This document shows, in pieces, positions 8,271 to 17,820 of a stretch of DNA of 64,000 bases. How positions within the stretch are numbered: position 1 is the stretch's first letter; each line of letters begins with the position of its first letter. Location: positions 1 to 64,000 of IMG/VR virus record IMGVR_UViG_3300027985_000843; one strand, given 5' to 3'. Position numbers and translations under genes: made by a program. The notes beneath the pieces were generated by a model. It saw nothing but the letters and a program-made list of their open reading frames with translations. It made no database searches and was not told the DNA's origin.

Positions 8271-8987
8271 CTCTTTTTTGGCAGGTCATCAACGGTCGGC
8301 GATTCCGGGGCCCACAGGGCCTTCTCAACACGCACGAAGCTTGGACGGGACCCGTGCTCCGATCCGTCTGAGAAGAGCCTCCAGGCCCCTTCCCGGGCTG
8401 TTATGACGGTGATCAGGTCGGGCTCGCCACCCTTGTCTCCCTCAAAGTCCAAAATGAGTCTGCGGATTCCCGACATCGTCAGGAACGTCACCACCTTGCC
8501 ACCTACTATGTACCGGTTCATGGTACCGGAGCGAGGGCATAAAAAGACTTGCACTCTATCCAAATTCGGATTCATACTACACCTGAAGCAGCAATCTCCG
8601 CGAGAAGGGCGGCACTTCGCACAACCTAGGAGATAGTCATGGTCATCAGTACAATTCCAGGCCAACCTTCCGTTCTACCCGACAACGCCGAGGTCCAGCT
8701 TATTCGTGGGGCCTATAATCCGGACGGCTTCCTTGACAGCACCCTCTTGGAGATTTGGGTGCAAGTGCCTAAGGGGTCTGTGCCTTCCTCGGCTTGTGGG
8801 GTGTACGGGCCCAAATACAACTACTGCCAGCTTCAAACGTTTGGAAGCCTCAGGGTTAAGGTTGTCGATCGTGAAGTGATCGTCCGCGCACGCAAGACTG
8901 GAGAGGTCCAGGTTGATGGCGTCACCGTGACGCATTGCCGAGCCGCTGTAAAAGGCGAGGCGAGTGCAGATTTTGCTGTCGCTCAAT

Positions 8988-9923
8988 CTACTCGGCGTCC
9001 TGTCTTGCGCCCTGTGCGATCAGAGCCCATGGCTCAAGCATGAAGGTAGGGTCGTCCAAAGCCTTCTTAATGACCTCCACGCAGTCGGCCACCCTCTCAC
9101 GAAGGTCGTGCTCCCAGAACCGAAAGATTCTCCACCCAGGAGCGTGGGCTAGGTTCCTCTCGTGTTTGGTTCTGGTGACGGCTCTCCGTTTCTTGTAGCG
9201 GCTGGCGTGCTCTGGGCAACCGTGCCAAAAGCACCCGTCTACCTCGATGGCAATCTGCTTTTCTGGATGAGCTTCATCCACGAAATACAAGAGCTGGTAC
9301 TCCGTCTGGAACCCGTCGTATAGGCGGGCTTCTTGAAGAGCTGCGATCAAGTCACGGTGTGGCTTGGTGAGGGTGTAGATCGGCTGTAGTCGTCCCTCTC
9401 GGTGCATCTTGGTCGTGGCTGCACTGATCTTGGCTCGAACCTCCAATCGACTCTGTGGGGCAACGTAGCCAGGTTGGGCTCGTAGTTGAGCGAGGGCTTC
9501 TTGTGAAGCTTGCACCATACAAGCCACATCCTCTCGGGCTTTCGGTGTCTTCTGGTACCCCTCTTTTCGGGTGGCTCCGCACTTCTGATGATCGATCTGC
9601 TGCCGTGCCGTGTCCAGTTGAGCACGCCCTTCTGGAGTCGAAGCTCTAGCTTTTGCCGATCGACTCAGTTTTGCCCGAACCTCGGGGCGTTTCATGTGGT
9701 GCTTGTCCCCCTTGGCCCGTTGTGCTCGGGAGACTCCAGCCCCCACCTTCTGGCGGATCTCCTCACTTCTCTCGATGGGGGCTAGGTAGTCCGGAGCCTT
9801 GAGGGATGACTTCCCGAACCTCTCAGCGTACTCCTCTCGGGTCAACCCGTGTTCCCGCTGGAGGTGTTTCCTGGTGATGTACTGGCCGAAGGGCTTACCG
9901 CATAGCTGACAGATTGCTGGCAT
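8988..9923 (-). CDS. Vsr/DUF559-like putative homing endonuclease with N-terminal zinc finger and NUMOD3-like repeats
   Basis: CQLCGK..KHLQREHG; repeated EVRAKIS/EVRAKLS; IAIEVDGCFWHGCPEH...GWRIFRFWEHD. Confidence 0.8.
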   Translation of the reverse strand: MPAICQLCGKPFGQYITRKHLQREHGLTREEYAERFGKSSLKAPDYLAPIERSEEIRQKVGAGVSRAQRAKGDKHHMKRPEVRAKLSRSAKARASTPEGRAQLDTARQQIDHQKCGATRKEGYQKTPKAREDVACMVQASQEALAQLRAQPGYVAPQSRLEVRAKISAATTKMHREGRLQPIYTLTKPHRDLIAALQEARLYDGFQTEYQLLYFVDEAHPEKQIAIEVDGCFWHGCPEHASRYKKRRAVTRTKHERNLAHAPGWRIFRFWEHDLRERVADCVEVIKKALDDPTFMLEPWALIAQGARQDAE

Positions 9924-9966
9924 AACCTACCGTTACATGAGAAGATTCCCATGTCAAGTCGGCAAG

Positions 9967-10842
9967 TCAGACCGTCGCCACCAACTCATCAGGCTGTTGA
10001 ACACCCATCCTCTCCCATCGAACCCGAAGCCCTTTACCTGGAATCCATTCCAAGTAGTGGTTCGCCACGAGCCACATGATTCGGAGGATGATTGTGACGG
10101 GGAGAGCCCCATAGCCAAGCCCCATCATCGACAGTAGAAGGCCGATGCCTGACTCCGGCAGGGAGGTCAGAAGCTCCGTGAAACTGATGGCCCCTGTGAA
10201 GCCTTGTAACAAACTTTCAATGTCCCAGGAAATCTCTGCCACATTTGCCCACACAAAAATGAAGATGGCCGCGAGAAGGGGCCTCTTCAACGTCGGCAGG
10301 TACTTGTGAAGCCACGCGTCTACCTTCTGTGCCCCGCCCTTGATCTTCTGGACGGCGGCCCAGATGCGCGGCGACTGCTTGGCGATTCGCACCATGAGGT
10401 CTGTGAGGCTCGGAGCCTTATGCTTGGCGACGAAGTAGATGCTGAGGGGAAAGGTCTCCTGGATCTTCTTGCCGAGCCATTGAATACCCTGCAACCCTGT
10501 CTTGGCGAGTTCCTTGGCTCGGGTGGCGATGATCTTGGCCTTCTCCATCAGGGACATGTTGCTCATATCTGGCAGGCCCAGAGCACGACTCAAGACTTCC
10601 CATGCCCGCCCAGGGGCGGCCTTGAACAGGTCCAGGAGCCGCTTGACGCCCCGGAGGATACCGAGGGCCGCCTCACGGTCGGAGCTGCCCTCACGGGTTT
10701 GCCAGAAGCCTTGGGCGAGGGCTTCCACACACTCCATGGGCGGGGCCCAGGACGCAGTTCGAACGCCGTGATCGGTGTACTGTTCCTCAACTGCCAAACG
10801 GATGAGGTACCGGTCCCGGACTCGTAGGGCGAGATCGCTCAT
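9967..10842 (-). CDS. Membrane protein with N-terminal RVRDRYL motif (putative late)
   Basis: MSDLALRVRDRYL; hydrophobic C-terminal helices; class III motif TTCTCTTGTC (10856-10865) 13 nt upstream. Confidence 0.7.
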   Translation of the reverse strand: MSDLALRVRDRYLIRLAVEEQYTDHGVRTASWAPPMECVEALAQGFWQTREGSSDREAALGILRGVKRLLDLFKAAPGRAWEVLSRALGLPDMSNMSLMEKAKIIATRAKELAKTGLQGIQWLGKKIQETFPLSIYFVAKHKAPSLTDLMVRIAKQSPRIWAAVQKIKGGAQKVDAWLHKYLPTLKRPLLAAIFIFVWANVAEISWDIESLLQGFTGAISFTELLTSLPESGIGLLLSMMGLGYGALPVTIILRIMWLVANHYLEWIPGKGLRVRWERMGVQQPDELVATV

Positions 10843-10855
10843 ACTTTCCGCAACA

Positions 10856-10903
10856 GACAAGAGAAAAAGCCGAACTCTGCCGGCCGGCGACCGTAGTAGA
10901 GGC
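10856..10903. promoter_or_regulatory. Divergent class III (-) and class I (+) promoters
   Basis: Minus: TTCTCTTGTC-N13-ATG(10842). Plus: CCGAAC(10870)-N16-CGTAGTA-GAGGC-ATG(10904). Confidence 0.8.
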
Positions 10904-11155
10904 ATGAGAACACGACTCGGAACCAAGCCTTTTCAGGCAGCAGCCGTGCTGTTGCTGAACCTTCGCGTATCTCGGAACACGTGTAACCCCTTTGTCAAGG
11001 CAGGCTTCACCTTGCTCGAAAAACGTGGCCTGGTTGAACTACGAAAAGGGGTGTACCGCCCAGCAGGGAACTTCTTTGATGTGTGCGAAGAAGTGGGGTT
11101 GACTTCCGACGGGTACGCCACTGATGAGGCCAAAAACGAGGCCAAGAAGAGCTAA
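10904..11155 (+). CDS. Hypothetical early protein
   Basis: Start reassigned from class I motif. Confidence 0.65.
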   Translation: MRTRLGTKPFQAAAVLLLNLRVSRNTCNPFVKAGFTLLEKRGLVELRKGVYRPAGNFFDVCEEVGLTSDGYATDEAKNEAKKS

Positions 11156-11157
11156 AA

Positions 11158-11337
11158 ATGGGCAAAAAAGCTGCCGTGGACAAGTTGCTGCACCTGCTGC
11201 ACCTGTATACAGGGCACAAGGTCGACTCCCGTGGCCCTTATGGCCTCATCCTGGACACCATCGAGGAATTGAACCCGAAGGTCGCCAAGGGTCTTCGGAA
11301 CGGCGAACCCCCTGACAAGTTCATGAAGAAAGAGTGA
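11158..11337 (+). CDS. 59-aa hypothetical protein (absent from ORF track)
   Basis: MGKKAAVDKLLHLLHLYTGH...KKE*, fills the gap before class II motif at 11339. Confidence 0.55.
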   Translation: MGKKAAVDKLLHLLHLYTGHKVDSRGPYGLILDTIEELNPKVAKGLRNGEPPDKFMKKE

Positions 11338-11444
11338 GCGGTGTATGTTCTTCGGATGAAGATTCGCATCCGAAGGGAAGACATCACCCGGGCGGGCTAC
11401 CAGCTCCCCGGCGGGGGAAGCGTCCTCAACACCGGAGACATCGA

Positions 11445-11903
11445 ATGGACCTCTTGAACTGCTGCGAGTGCGGCAAGGACTACCCTCCCTACGTGTTGAG
11501 CAAGCGGACGAGCAAGCGAGTGGGAAACGCCGGACCTACGTGTCCATTCTGTCTGTCGGAGTTGCTCGGTCGATACCTCACCTCCGAGGATTTTGACCTT
11601 CAGAGTCCTGTCAACATGCTCATCACCGTCGGCACCTTCATAGGGATTTCGAACCGAAACCGTATCCCTACCTTCGCGGTCTGGGCAAACAACGACTCGT
11701 CTGTGAGCTATGACTATGACGAGAACGAGGTGTCGACCGCAACGCATGCTGCCCTGAAGTTCCACCAAACCCATGACCTCCGGGACGGGTCGGTCATCCG
11801 TGTGCAAGGCAGCGCAGAGGGAGGAATCATCCACCTCTACCACCTGTTGGACGGCCGATTGTCGGCCATCGGACACTCCACCAGCGGAGGCCGCAATGGC
11901 TGA
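11445..11903 (+). CDS. Zinc-binding hypothetical protein
   Basis: CCECGK...CPFC. Confidence 0.6.
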   Translation: MDLLNCCECGKDYPPYVLSKRTSKRVGNAGPTCPFCLSELLGRYLTSEDFDLQSPVNMLITVGTFIGISNRNRIPTFAVWANNDSSVSYDYDENEVSTATHAALKFHQTHDLRDGSVIRVQGSAEGGIIHLYHLLDGRLSAIGHSTSGGRNG

Positions 11904-12648
11904 CCGAACGAATCTCCGCAAGGTGTACATCCGCTATCGAGAGGATCTGCCCGAGAGCGAAATGATGTTTTCCGCCCTCGAAGGCTTTCAGTTACGTGGC
12001 GCCGAGACCGCCCCCTTCTTTGGGTTTGGCGACATTCAAGACATTCAAGACCTCGGTCCGGACGTCGGGATCGTGGGGTATATCGGCGACGTGTGGCGGG
12101 CCATGCGTAAGCTCGGCCTGCCCAAGCCCGAACCCCTCGACTACCCCGAACCCCTGCGCTATTTGCTCGGGCGGTACGTCGAGCGGGCCGTGTTGGAAGA
12201 CGTTCGCAACCGCGTCAACCCCGGGATCTTCGTCAAACCGGTCAACCACAAGGTGTTCACCGGCTTCGTGATGACCGGTTCGTTCGACGACGCCATCACT
12301 CTCGCCCCCTATCCACCAGATACGGAGGTGTGGCTCAGTCAGGCCGTGACGTTCATCTCCGAATACCGTTGCTTCGTCCTAGACAGGGGCATCCTGGACG
12401 TCAGACTCTACAAGGGGGACTGGTCCGTGGCCCCAGACCGAAAGGTCGTAGAAGGGGCCGTCAAGGCGTGGGAAGAGCAGCCCGTGGCCTGGACCCTCGA
12501 CGTCGGTATCACCCCCGAGGGCCAAACCCTCTTGGTCGAGGTGAACGACGGCTATTCGTTCGGGGGCTACGGTCTTCTGTCAACCTCTTACGCCCAGATG
12601 ATCGAAGCCCGATGGCAGGAACTGATTCGACCTCCCATGTTCGGATGA
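11896..12648 (+). CDS. ATP-grasp domain protein (DUF4343/R2K-type)
   Basis: FVKP...KVFTG, SEYRCFV, WTLDVG...LLVEVNDGYSFG. Confidence 0.85.
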   Translation: MADRTNLRKVYIRYREDLPESEMMFSALEGFQLRGAETAPFFGFGDIQDIQDLGPDVGIVGYIGDVWRAMRKLGLPKPEPLDYPEPLRYLLGRYVERAVLEDVRNRVNPGIFVKPVNHKVFTGFVMTGSFDDAITLAPYPPDTEVWLSQAVTFISEYRCFVLDRGILDVRLYKGDWSVAPDRKVVEGAVKAWEEQPVAWTLDVGITPEGQTLLVEVNDGYSFGGYGLLSTSYAQMIEARWQELIRPPMFG

Positions 12649-13010
12649 TCGCAGGAGCTGATTCGATGAAAAAAGCAGTGTGGAAGGCATACGCGCAGAA
12701 GCTGGAGCACAAGCTCCACCAGACCAAGACGGAAAGCAAAGCGCAACTGTTCCGCCTGAGAGCTTCTCAGGAATCCGTCGATCAGGCAACATCCGCCATG
12801 ACTGCCATTCGGGCCGAGGTTGCTCACCAGGCTGTCGGCCTCGGAGGTGTCACCGGTTGCGGCGTGACCTTCCAAACCATCCTGGACATCGTCGACAAGT
12901 TCGAGGCGAACCTCGCCAAGAGGAAACAGGAGCCGCCCAGCTCCGACTCCGACAAGCCCTGCGCCTTCTGCGGCGAGCCAGGGTGCAACAAATTCCGGCA
13001 CCGCGTGTGA
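12645..13010 (+). CDS. Coiled-coil hypothetical protein
   Basis: ATGA overlap; C-terminal CAFCGEPGC. Confidence 0.55.
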   Translation: MIAGADSMKKAVWKAYAQKLEHKLHQTKTESKAQLFRLRASQESVDQATSAMTAIRAEVAHQAVGLGGVTGCGVTFQTILDIVDKFEANLAKRKQEPPSSDSDKPCAFCGEPGCNKFRHRV

Positions 13011-13015
13011 TTCTT

Positions 13016-13049
13016 CCGAACCCGTTCGCTCGGGGAGCGTAGTACAGGC
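13016..13049 (+). promoter_or_regulatory. Class I promoter
   Basis: CCGAAC-N16-CGTAGTA-CAGGC-ATG(13050). Confidence 0.85.
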
Positions 13050-13322
13050 ATGAGTATGGACGATTGGCTCGAAGAGCAGATCATGGATCGCTTCCCTGAC
13101 GACGTGCCGGACATCGGGGCTGGCCGCCTGAGGGTGCGTATCTTCAAGCTTTGCCACGACCTTCTGGCAAAGGCCCTCCCGAGCAAGCTGCCCAACCGCA
13201 GTGCCCGTTCCCGTCGTTGTGCCATAGCCTTGCGGCGTTCCCTTGCGATCCTTGCCATCTCTGGAAGGGACTCGGGCAGGGCGCGGATGAACTCAGGCGT
13301 CACCACGGTCATTCGACCTTGA
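13050..13322 (+). CDS. Hypothetical early protein
   Basis: ORF directly after class I motif. Confidence 0.55.
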   Translation: MSMDDWLEEQIMDRFPDDVPDIGAGRLRVRIFKLCHDLLAKALPSKLPNRSARSRRCAIALRRSLAILAISGRDSGRARMNSGVTTVIRP

Positions 13323-13605
13323 CCAACCTTCCAAACACCTGACGAGTCCATCCGTTCACATGACCATGTGCATTTGAGATCTGCACGGCTCCGTCCTCCC
13401 GCCTACCCGTGCACAGGTGCAAGTAGTAGCTGCCCCGAACTCGGCAGAAGACGGCATCACCCACCTTCACGTCCTCGATCTTGACGGGCTCCACCGTCAC
13501 CTTCTGCCCGCTGCGGACAATCGGAGTCATCGAGTTGCCGTGAGGGCGGTAGGACACCGTCTCCCCGCGACTCAGCTGTTCTGCTATCAGTGTATTGCGT
13601 CCCAT
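13309..13605 (-). CDS. Peptidase S24/S26-like protein
   Basis: HGNSMTP...SG..V.V..P...KVGDAVF...YYLH. Confidence 0.75.
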   Translation of the reverse strand: MGRNTLIAEQLSRGETVSYRPHGNSMTPIVRSGQKVTVEPVKIEDVKVGDAVFCRVRGSYYLHLCTGRREDGAVQISNAHGHVNGWTRQVFGRLVKVE

Positions 13606-14102
13606 TAGAATGGTATGTCGTCGATGTCCTCGGAGGCGTAGACCACCTCACCGCCCATTTCGGTGTGTCGGCCCGGAGGCATACGATCCAGTTGGAGGTT
13701 GGCCCAGTTCAAGTCCTTGCGCAGGTCGGATAGATTACGATTGACACGATTCAGCTCTTGCTGGAGATCGTAGGCTTTCTGTACGAGCTTGACCTCTTCC
13801 TGGTTGAGGGCACCCCGGAAGGCCCAGAGGGCTTTCATGAAGTGTTCCTCAGCCTCTTCACAGGTCTTGAAGACTCCAGGCGTGTCTGGCTTCACGGTGT
13901 CCGGGGTGGAGTGGACCTCTCGGCCTCGAACGGAAGAGTGACTGGGGGTTATCCAGTTGCCATCGTTGTCGACTCCCTTGACGCCCATCTTGACGACAGC
14001 GATGTTACTGACACTGGAACCAATCACCAACCATACGTTCTCTGGAACGGGTTGGGGGCGGATCATCCTCCAGTCAGCTTCCAGGTCCCACTCGTCAGTC
14101 AT
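13605..14102 (-). CDS. Hypothetical protein with SSB-like DDIPF tail
   Basis: Ends EDIDDIPF; N-terminus DEWDLEADWRMIRPQP; coiled coil. Confidence 0.7.
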   Translation of the reverse strand: MTDEWDLEADWRMIRPQPVPENVWLVIGSSVSNIAVVKMGVKGVDNDGNWITPSHSSVRGREVHSTPDTVKPDTPGVFKTCEEAEEHFMKALWAFRGALNQEEVKLVQKAYDLQQELNRVNRNLSDLRKDLNWANLQLDRMPPGRHTEMGGEVVYASEDIDDIPF

Positions 14103-14111
14103 GCTGGACTC

Positions 14112-14306
14112 CTAGAGCCAGCCGCGTTGCTCGGCCAGCCAATCAGTGACGATCAAGGCTCCCTTGTCCCCCTTCTTCCAGACCTCGCTCTCATCCGTGA
14201 TCTGGGACTGAGGGATGAAGGTTCTCTCGCTCAGATCAGCGGCCTCCACCCAGATGCCCTTGTCCGTCTCGCTCACTGCCTCGGCACCTTCGATTTCGTA
14301 GCTCAT
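14112..14306 (-). CDS. Small hypothetical protein
   Basis: ETDKGI...FIPQSQI...VTDWLA; class II motif (14317-14323) 10 nt upstream. Confidence 0.7.
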   Translation of the reverse strand: MSYEIEGAEAVSETDKGIWVEAADLSERTFIPQSQITDESEVWKKGDKGALIVTDWLAEQRGWL

Positions 14307-14584
14307 CCTGCCACCATACACCGGGCGCCGTCGCGAACCTCACCTGTACAGTGTTGCCCCTTGGAAGAATCGAGCCGTTCGAAGTACACCTCTCCTGCGA
14401 GCCCATAGAAGTCGATCATGCCTTGGGCAACCTTCTCAGCCCCTTCCTTGAGACGAGGATCTTCGCTGGTGGCCCGCGATCCTTGAATGCTGTCGACCCA
14501 CAGGTCCACAAGCATCGAGGCCCGGTCCATCACCTCGTGAAACTCCCCGTCGTTCACAATGTCCTCGTCCCAGTGCGTCGTCAT
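14303..14584 (-). CDS. Hypothetical protein
   Basis: ORF in minus-strand operon with ATGA overlaps. Confidence 0.55.
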   Translation of the reverse strand: MTTHWDEDIVNDGEFHEVMDRASMLVDLWVDSIQGSRATSEDPRLKEGAEKVAQGMIDFYGLAGEVYFERLDSSKGQHCTGEVRDGARCMVAG

Positions 14585-15192
14585 TCTCTCCAGCTCCGTT
14601 CTAGACAGAGGGTGCAAGAAACCTCGGCTATGTCTGTCGTCAGCAGAGGGAAGTCACTCCGAACCGTCGGGTTGTCCACACACAGTCGCTGCCCGTCGCA
14701 GTCCTGGTAGTGCACCTTTTTCGAAGTGTGCACGCCTATCAGGCGCATGTTCAGCAGACATCTGACGCAGGTAACCTCTTCGACAACGTTCGTGTACAGA
14801 GGCTCTTTCCCGTGAGAGATTCCGCAAGGCTTCTCCCGATAATGCACCTTCTGGGTGGGCATCACCGGGACCTCGAACAGAGGGCGGCTGTATCGAGGTT
14901 TGAGAAGGATAGGGGGAGGCTCTTTCCCGTTGGCCTTGAGATAGTCCAACGCGAGACGCCGCTTGCCCTCCAGCAAGGCTTCCTTGGCGTTGTCGATAGC
15001 GAGGACCTCGATGAGCCGCAACTCGGGGACTGCTTCCCTACGCTCCACGCCACACACAGGGCACTTGCGAAAGGTCGACTTGACCCACTTGTACCGCTGA
15101 TAAAGGGCGTGGTTGCATTCCAACACATCAAAGGTGCGCCCTTGATGGTCGTAAACCGTCTGTATGACCTTCCGAACAACTCCGGGTCGCAC
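14581..15192 (-). CDS. Cys/His-rich zinc-binding protein with duplicated KVHY..C..EV[TS]CxxCL module
   Basis: Two internal repeats, KVHY...C...EVTCVRCL and KVHY...C...EVSCTLCL. Confidence 0.6.
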   Translation of the reverse strand: MRPGVVRKVIQTVYDHQGRTFDVLECNHALYQRYKWVKSTFRKCPVCGVERREAVPELRLIEVLAIDNAKEALLEGKRRLALDYLKANGKEPPPILLKPRYSRPLFEVPVMPTQKVHYREKPCGISHGKEPLYTNVVEEVTCVRCLLNMRLIGVHTSKKVHYQDCDGQRLCVDNPTVRSDFPLLTTDIAEVSCTLCLERSWRE

Positions 15193-15193
15193 G

Positions 15194-15694
15194 TCAATCT
15201 TCCATGTCTATGTCGAGGAATGGTATTCGGCGAGCCCCGGGAGAAGCAGCAGGAGCAACGGGCTTCGCTCCGAGCTTCTGCCGGCCCGGCCGCAACGTCG
15301 CCCAAGCCTCCTCCAGGGTGCCACTCTCGTATTCGTAGAATGTGGGGAATTCCTTGAGGGCCTGCTCAGCTCGGCACCGTAGGCACACGACCCCTCCCGG
15401 GGCGCAATCACACCCGATCCGATCAGCTATCGCAGACAGCAGCATGTGTAGGTCCTGAAAGGTCTCCTCACGGCTCACGCGGACTTCAGTTCGGTCCCCC
15501 GCTCGAAGCTCCTCCCCCACCACGATCTTCCGCCCTGTTGGGTACAGTTCGTGATGGCATCGGGGACAGTCTTCGAATCCCACATCGTCGTCTCGAACCC
15601 ATACCCGACCGCAGCCCGGGCAGTGCACCACCTCGGCCGGTAGTGTCTTGGTGGGAGACTTGGAGCGGCGAGCAACCACTTTCATGTCAGGCAT
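15194..15694 (-). CDS. Zinc-ribbon hypothetical protein
   Basis: HCPGCG...DCPRC; class II motif (15705-15711) 10 nt upstream. Confidence 0.65.
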   Translation of the reverse strand: MPDMKVVARRSKSPTKTLPAEVVHCPGCGRVWVRDDDVGFEDCPRCHHELYPTGRKIVVGEELRAGDRTEVRVSREETFQDLHMLLSAIADRIGCDCAPGGVVCLRCRAEQALKEFPTFYEYESGTLEEAWATLRPGRQKLGAKPVAPAASPGARRIPFLDIDMED

Positions 15695-16082
15695 CTTCAA
15701 TGTCTACACCACCGAGCCGGCTCCAGAAGGAAGAAACTTTGGCCTTGTGCGCCTCTTCCAGCTGCTGCATCCACTCAGGCAGGTTAATCACCCCGAAAGA
15801 ACACAGGCTGCTATCCCGACTCCGAACGATTCCGAGTTGGATGCTGCCCACATCGTTTGGCGCCCACATGACCAGGACGTGCTGGCGTGGGTTGGAACGG
15901 GCGGCCGCCCGCACCCTCTCGCGGGCAATCGCGGGAGGGTCCCCCGACCCGAGCCACCCACCCCGCCGCCCTGTGTAGGATGGCAGGATCGTGCACCACT
16001 CGTCGCCCCGAGCACTCAGTCGCTCAGTGCCCGCAGGCAAGTCGTCGACGGTCCCCTCGTAGAACGACAGGCTCAGAGGCAT
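15687..16082 (-). CDS. Hypothetical protein with C-terminal SFWSRL..VD motif
   Basis: Ends SSFWSRLGGVDIEDA. Confidence 0.6.
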   Translation of the reverse strand: MPLSLSFYEGTVDDLPAGTERLSARGDEWCTILPSYTGRRGGWLGSGDPPAIARERVRAAARSNPRQHVLVMWAPNDVGSIQLGIVRSRDSSLCSFGVINLPEWMQQLEEAHKAKVSSFWSRLGGVDIEDA

Positions 16083-16549
16083 GGCAGCCTCTCAGGCAGG
16101 CTTCGCTGAATTCGATGGCGAATATCAGGGGTCGTGTGCATCAGCCAGGGAATTCGCTCGGGGATGTCCTTCCACGAAGGGAACTCCACGAGAGGTGAGG
16201 TCGGTCCCCTATGCCGGTAGTGGGCCAGCCCCAAGTTGAAGGTCAGTTCGTTGTAGAACACTTCGATCTTGACCAGCGCGAGATACTCGCCGCCCGAACG
16301 GGGAAGCTGAAGGGCCCGCCGTCGGAGGAATGCTTTCGCTCCGCCCTCCTTGATGAGGGCGTAGCTCGCGTAGGGGAAGCTGAGGTGCCCCGCACCCTTC
16401 CTCAGGTGCGGAACCCACCCCTTGGGCGGGTCGTTCGGGAAATACTTGTCCGGACCCGGTCGCCAAAACATGAAGTTGGAGGAGTTGAGGAGGTCGGCCA
16501 AGGGCAAATCCCCCGCCGTTGTCAACCAATACCGTACTGGGATCATCAT
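16073..16549 (-). CDS. Hypothetical protein
   Basis: ORF in minus-strand operon. Confidence 0.55.
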   Translation of the reverse strand: MMIPVRYWLTTAGDLPLADLLNSSNFMFWRPGPDKYFPNDPPKGWVPHLRKGAGHLSFPYASYALIKEGGAKAFLRRRALQLPRSGGEYLALVKIEVFYNELTFNLGLAHYRHRGPTSPLVEFPSWKDIPERIPWLMHTTPDIRHRIQRSLPERLPCL

Positions 16550-16965
16550 GGCACCACCCGATAGCGAGAGGACCCTCCACACACTCGATTGCGGACGCTA
16601 GGGCGCCCGCCAAGCCCCCTTTTGGATTCCAGGGGTGTCCGAGGTCGTAGAGGGCTGTCGTCGCCCCTGAGGGCCGCCTGAGCGTCGAGAGTGTCGAACA
16701 GACTTCGGAGCTTCAGAATCTCTCGGTCATGATCATGGGAGGGCCGTTCACCTTTGAGCCAGAAGATCTGTTCGGGAGGGCTGCATCGGGAACACGGGCA
16801 GGGACGGCCGCCCCTTCTCTCGTGCCACCTGCCGTCAACCGTCTGCCAGATCTCATCCCCCGTCACGTCGTGTCTGATGGTGACGATGACGGGGTCGGTG
16901 ATGGTGGCCGACGTCGTGCTGGTGATGACGGTCGACGTTGTGTTCGTGGCGCTGTAGGGAATCAT
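16546..16965 (-). CDS. Hypothetical protein
   Basis: Thr-rich N-terminus, CPCSRC. Confidence 0.5.
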   Translation of the reverse strand: MIPYSATNTTSTVITSTTSATITDPVIVTIRHDVTGDEIWQTVDGRWHERRGGRPCPCSRCSPPEQIFWLKGERPSHDHDREILKLRSLFDTLDAQAALRGDDSPLRPRTPLESKRGLGGRPSVRNRVCGGSSRYRVVP

Positions 16966-16986
16966 TCGCGTTCTTCCAGAGCTAGG

Positions 16987-17343
16987 TCAGCCATACTTCC
17001 CCACAGGGTAGCAGCCGGTGACGTAGTGGTACGCGCGGAACAGCTTGCCGTTTTGCTCGTTGCTGTTGAGGTACTCTCGCAACCTCTCTTCGGTCACGCC
17101 GGCATACTCGGCCACGTCTTTGATGGCACGATCGGACATGGACACGAAGCTCAGCGAGACGAGTTTGAAGTCAGAGATTTCCTTAACCCTTTCCTTGACT
17201 TCTTCCGGCACAGGGGTGCCACCAGATTCGGAGCATCGAGGACAGAGGGCGTGCTGGATTTGGCAGCCCATGCTCAACCTGGCGAAAAAGGGGCTGTCCG
17301 GATCGAATGGGGCTAGGTCTAGAGGAAGATGCTTCTTGGGCAT
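16987..17343 (-). CDS. Hypothetical protein, possible HTH
   Basis: IKDVAEYAGVTEERLREYL; class II motif (17355-17361) 11 nt upstream. Confidence 0.6.
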   Translation of the reverse strand: MPKKHLPLDLAPFDPDSPFFARLSMGCQIQHALCPRCSESGGTPVPEEVKERVKEISDFKLVSLSFVSMSDRAIKDVAEYAGVTEERLREYLNSNEQNGKLFRAYHYVTGCYPVGKYG

Positions 17344-17348
17344 GCCCC

Positions 17349-17645
17349 CTATTCTACACCGTATCGCTCGCGTTGTCGGGCTCGACGTTCCTGGAGGCTC
17401 GTTCCATGGTGGCGTCGGGTGCGACTGCACATCATGCAGGAGCACGGACAGCAGTGGGTCGATGCGAAGAGGCCAACCAGCTTCTTTGAGGGGTCGTACC
17501 ACTTCCCGAGGCCCACACCGTTGCGGGACTGGTTGGGGCCAGACCCGTTCGTGCTGGCAGCCGTGAGCCACACCTTGCCAAGGAATTGGTGGGCCTTGAC
17601 CTTCATGCGCCTGGCATGGTGTCGTCTGAACGCTCGGCTCCTCAT
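17349..17645 (-). CDS. Basic hypothetical protein
   Basis: RAFRRHH...CPCSCMMC. Confidence 0.55.
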   Translation of the reverse strand: MRSRAFRRHHARRMKVKAHQFLGKVWLTAASTNGSGPNQSRNGVGLGKWYDPSKKLVGLFASTHCCPCSCMMCSRTRRHHGTSLQERRARQRERYGVE

Positions 17646-17820
17646 GTCACGCCTGGAGTTCGGCCTTCTTGGGCTTCTCGAACTTCACGCCACGCTGACT
17701 GTCCTTGGCCTTGGCCGCACACGTCGAGCACAAGGGTAGGGTTCCGTTGGAGGTGGTTGCTGGGCGCTGCCCGCAACCGAAACACATCTGTCTGTCCTTC
17801 GTCGCCATACCACAGAGTCC

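Noticed and set aside
8267-9043. ORFs 8267-8665(-) and 8639-9043(+)
   Set aside because: No recognisable motifs, promoter box or clear start, so I could not decide which is real.
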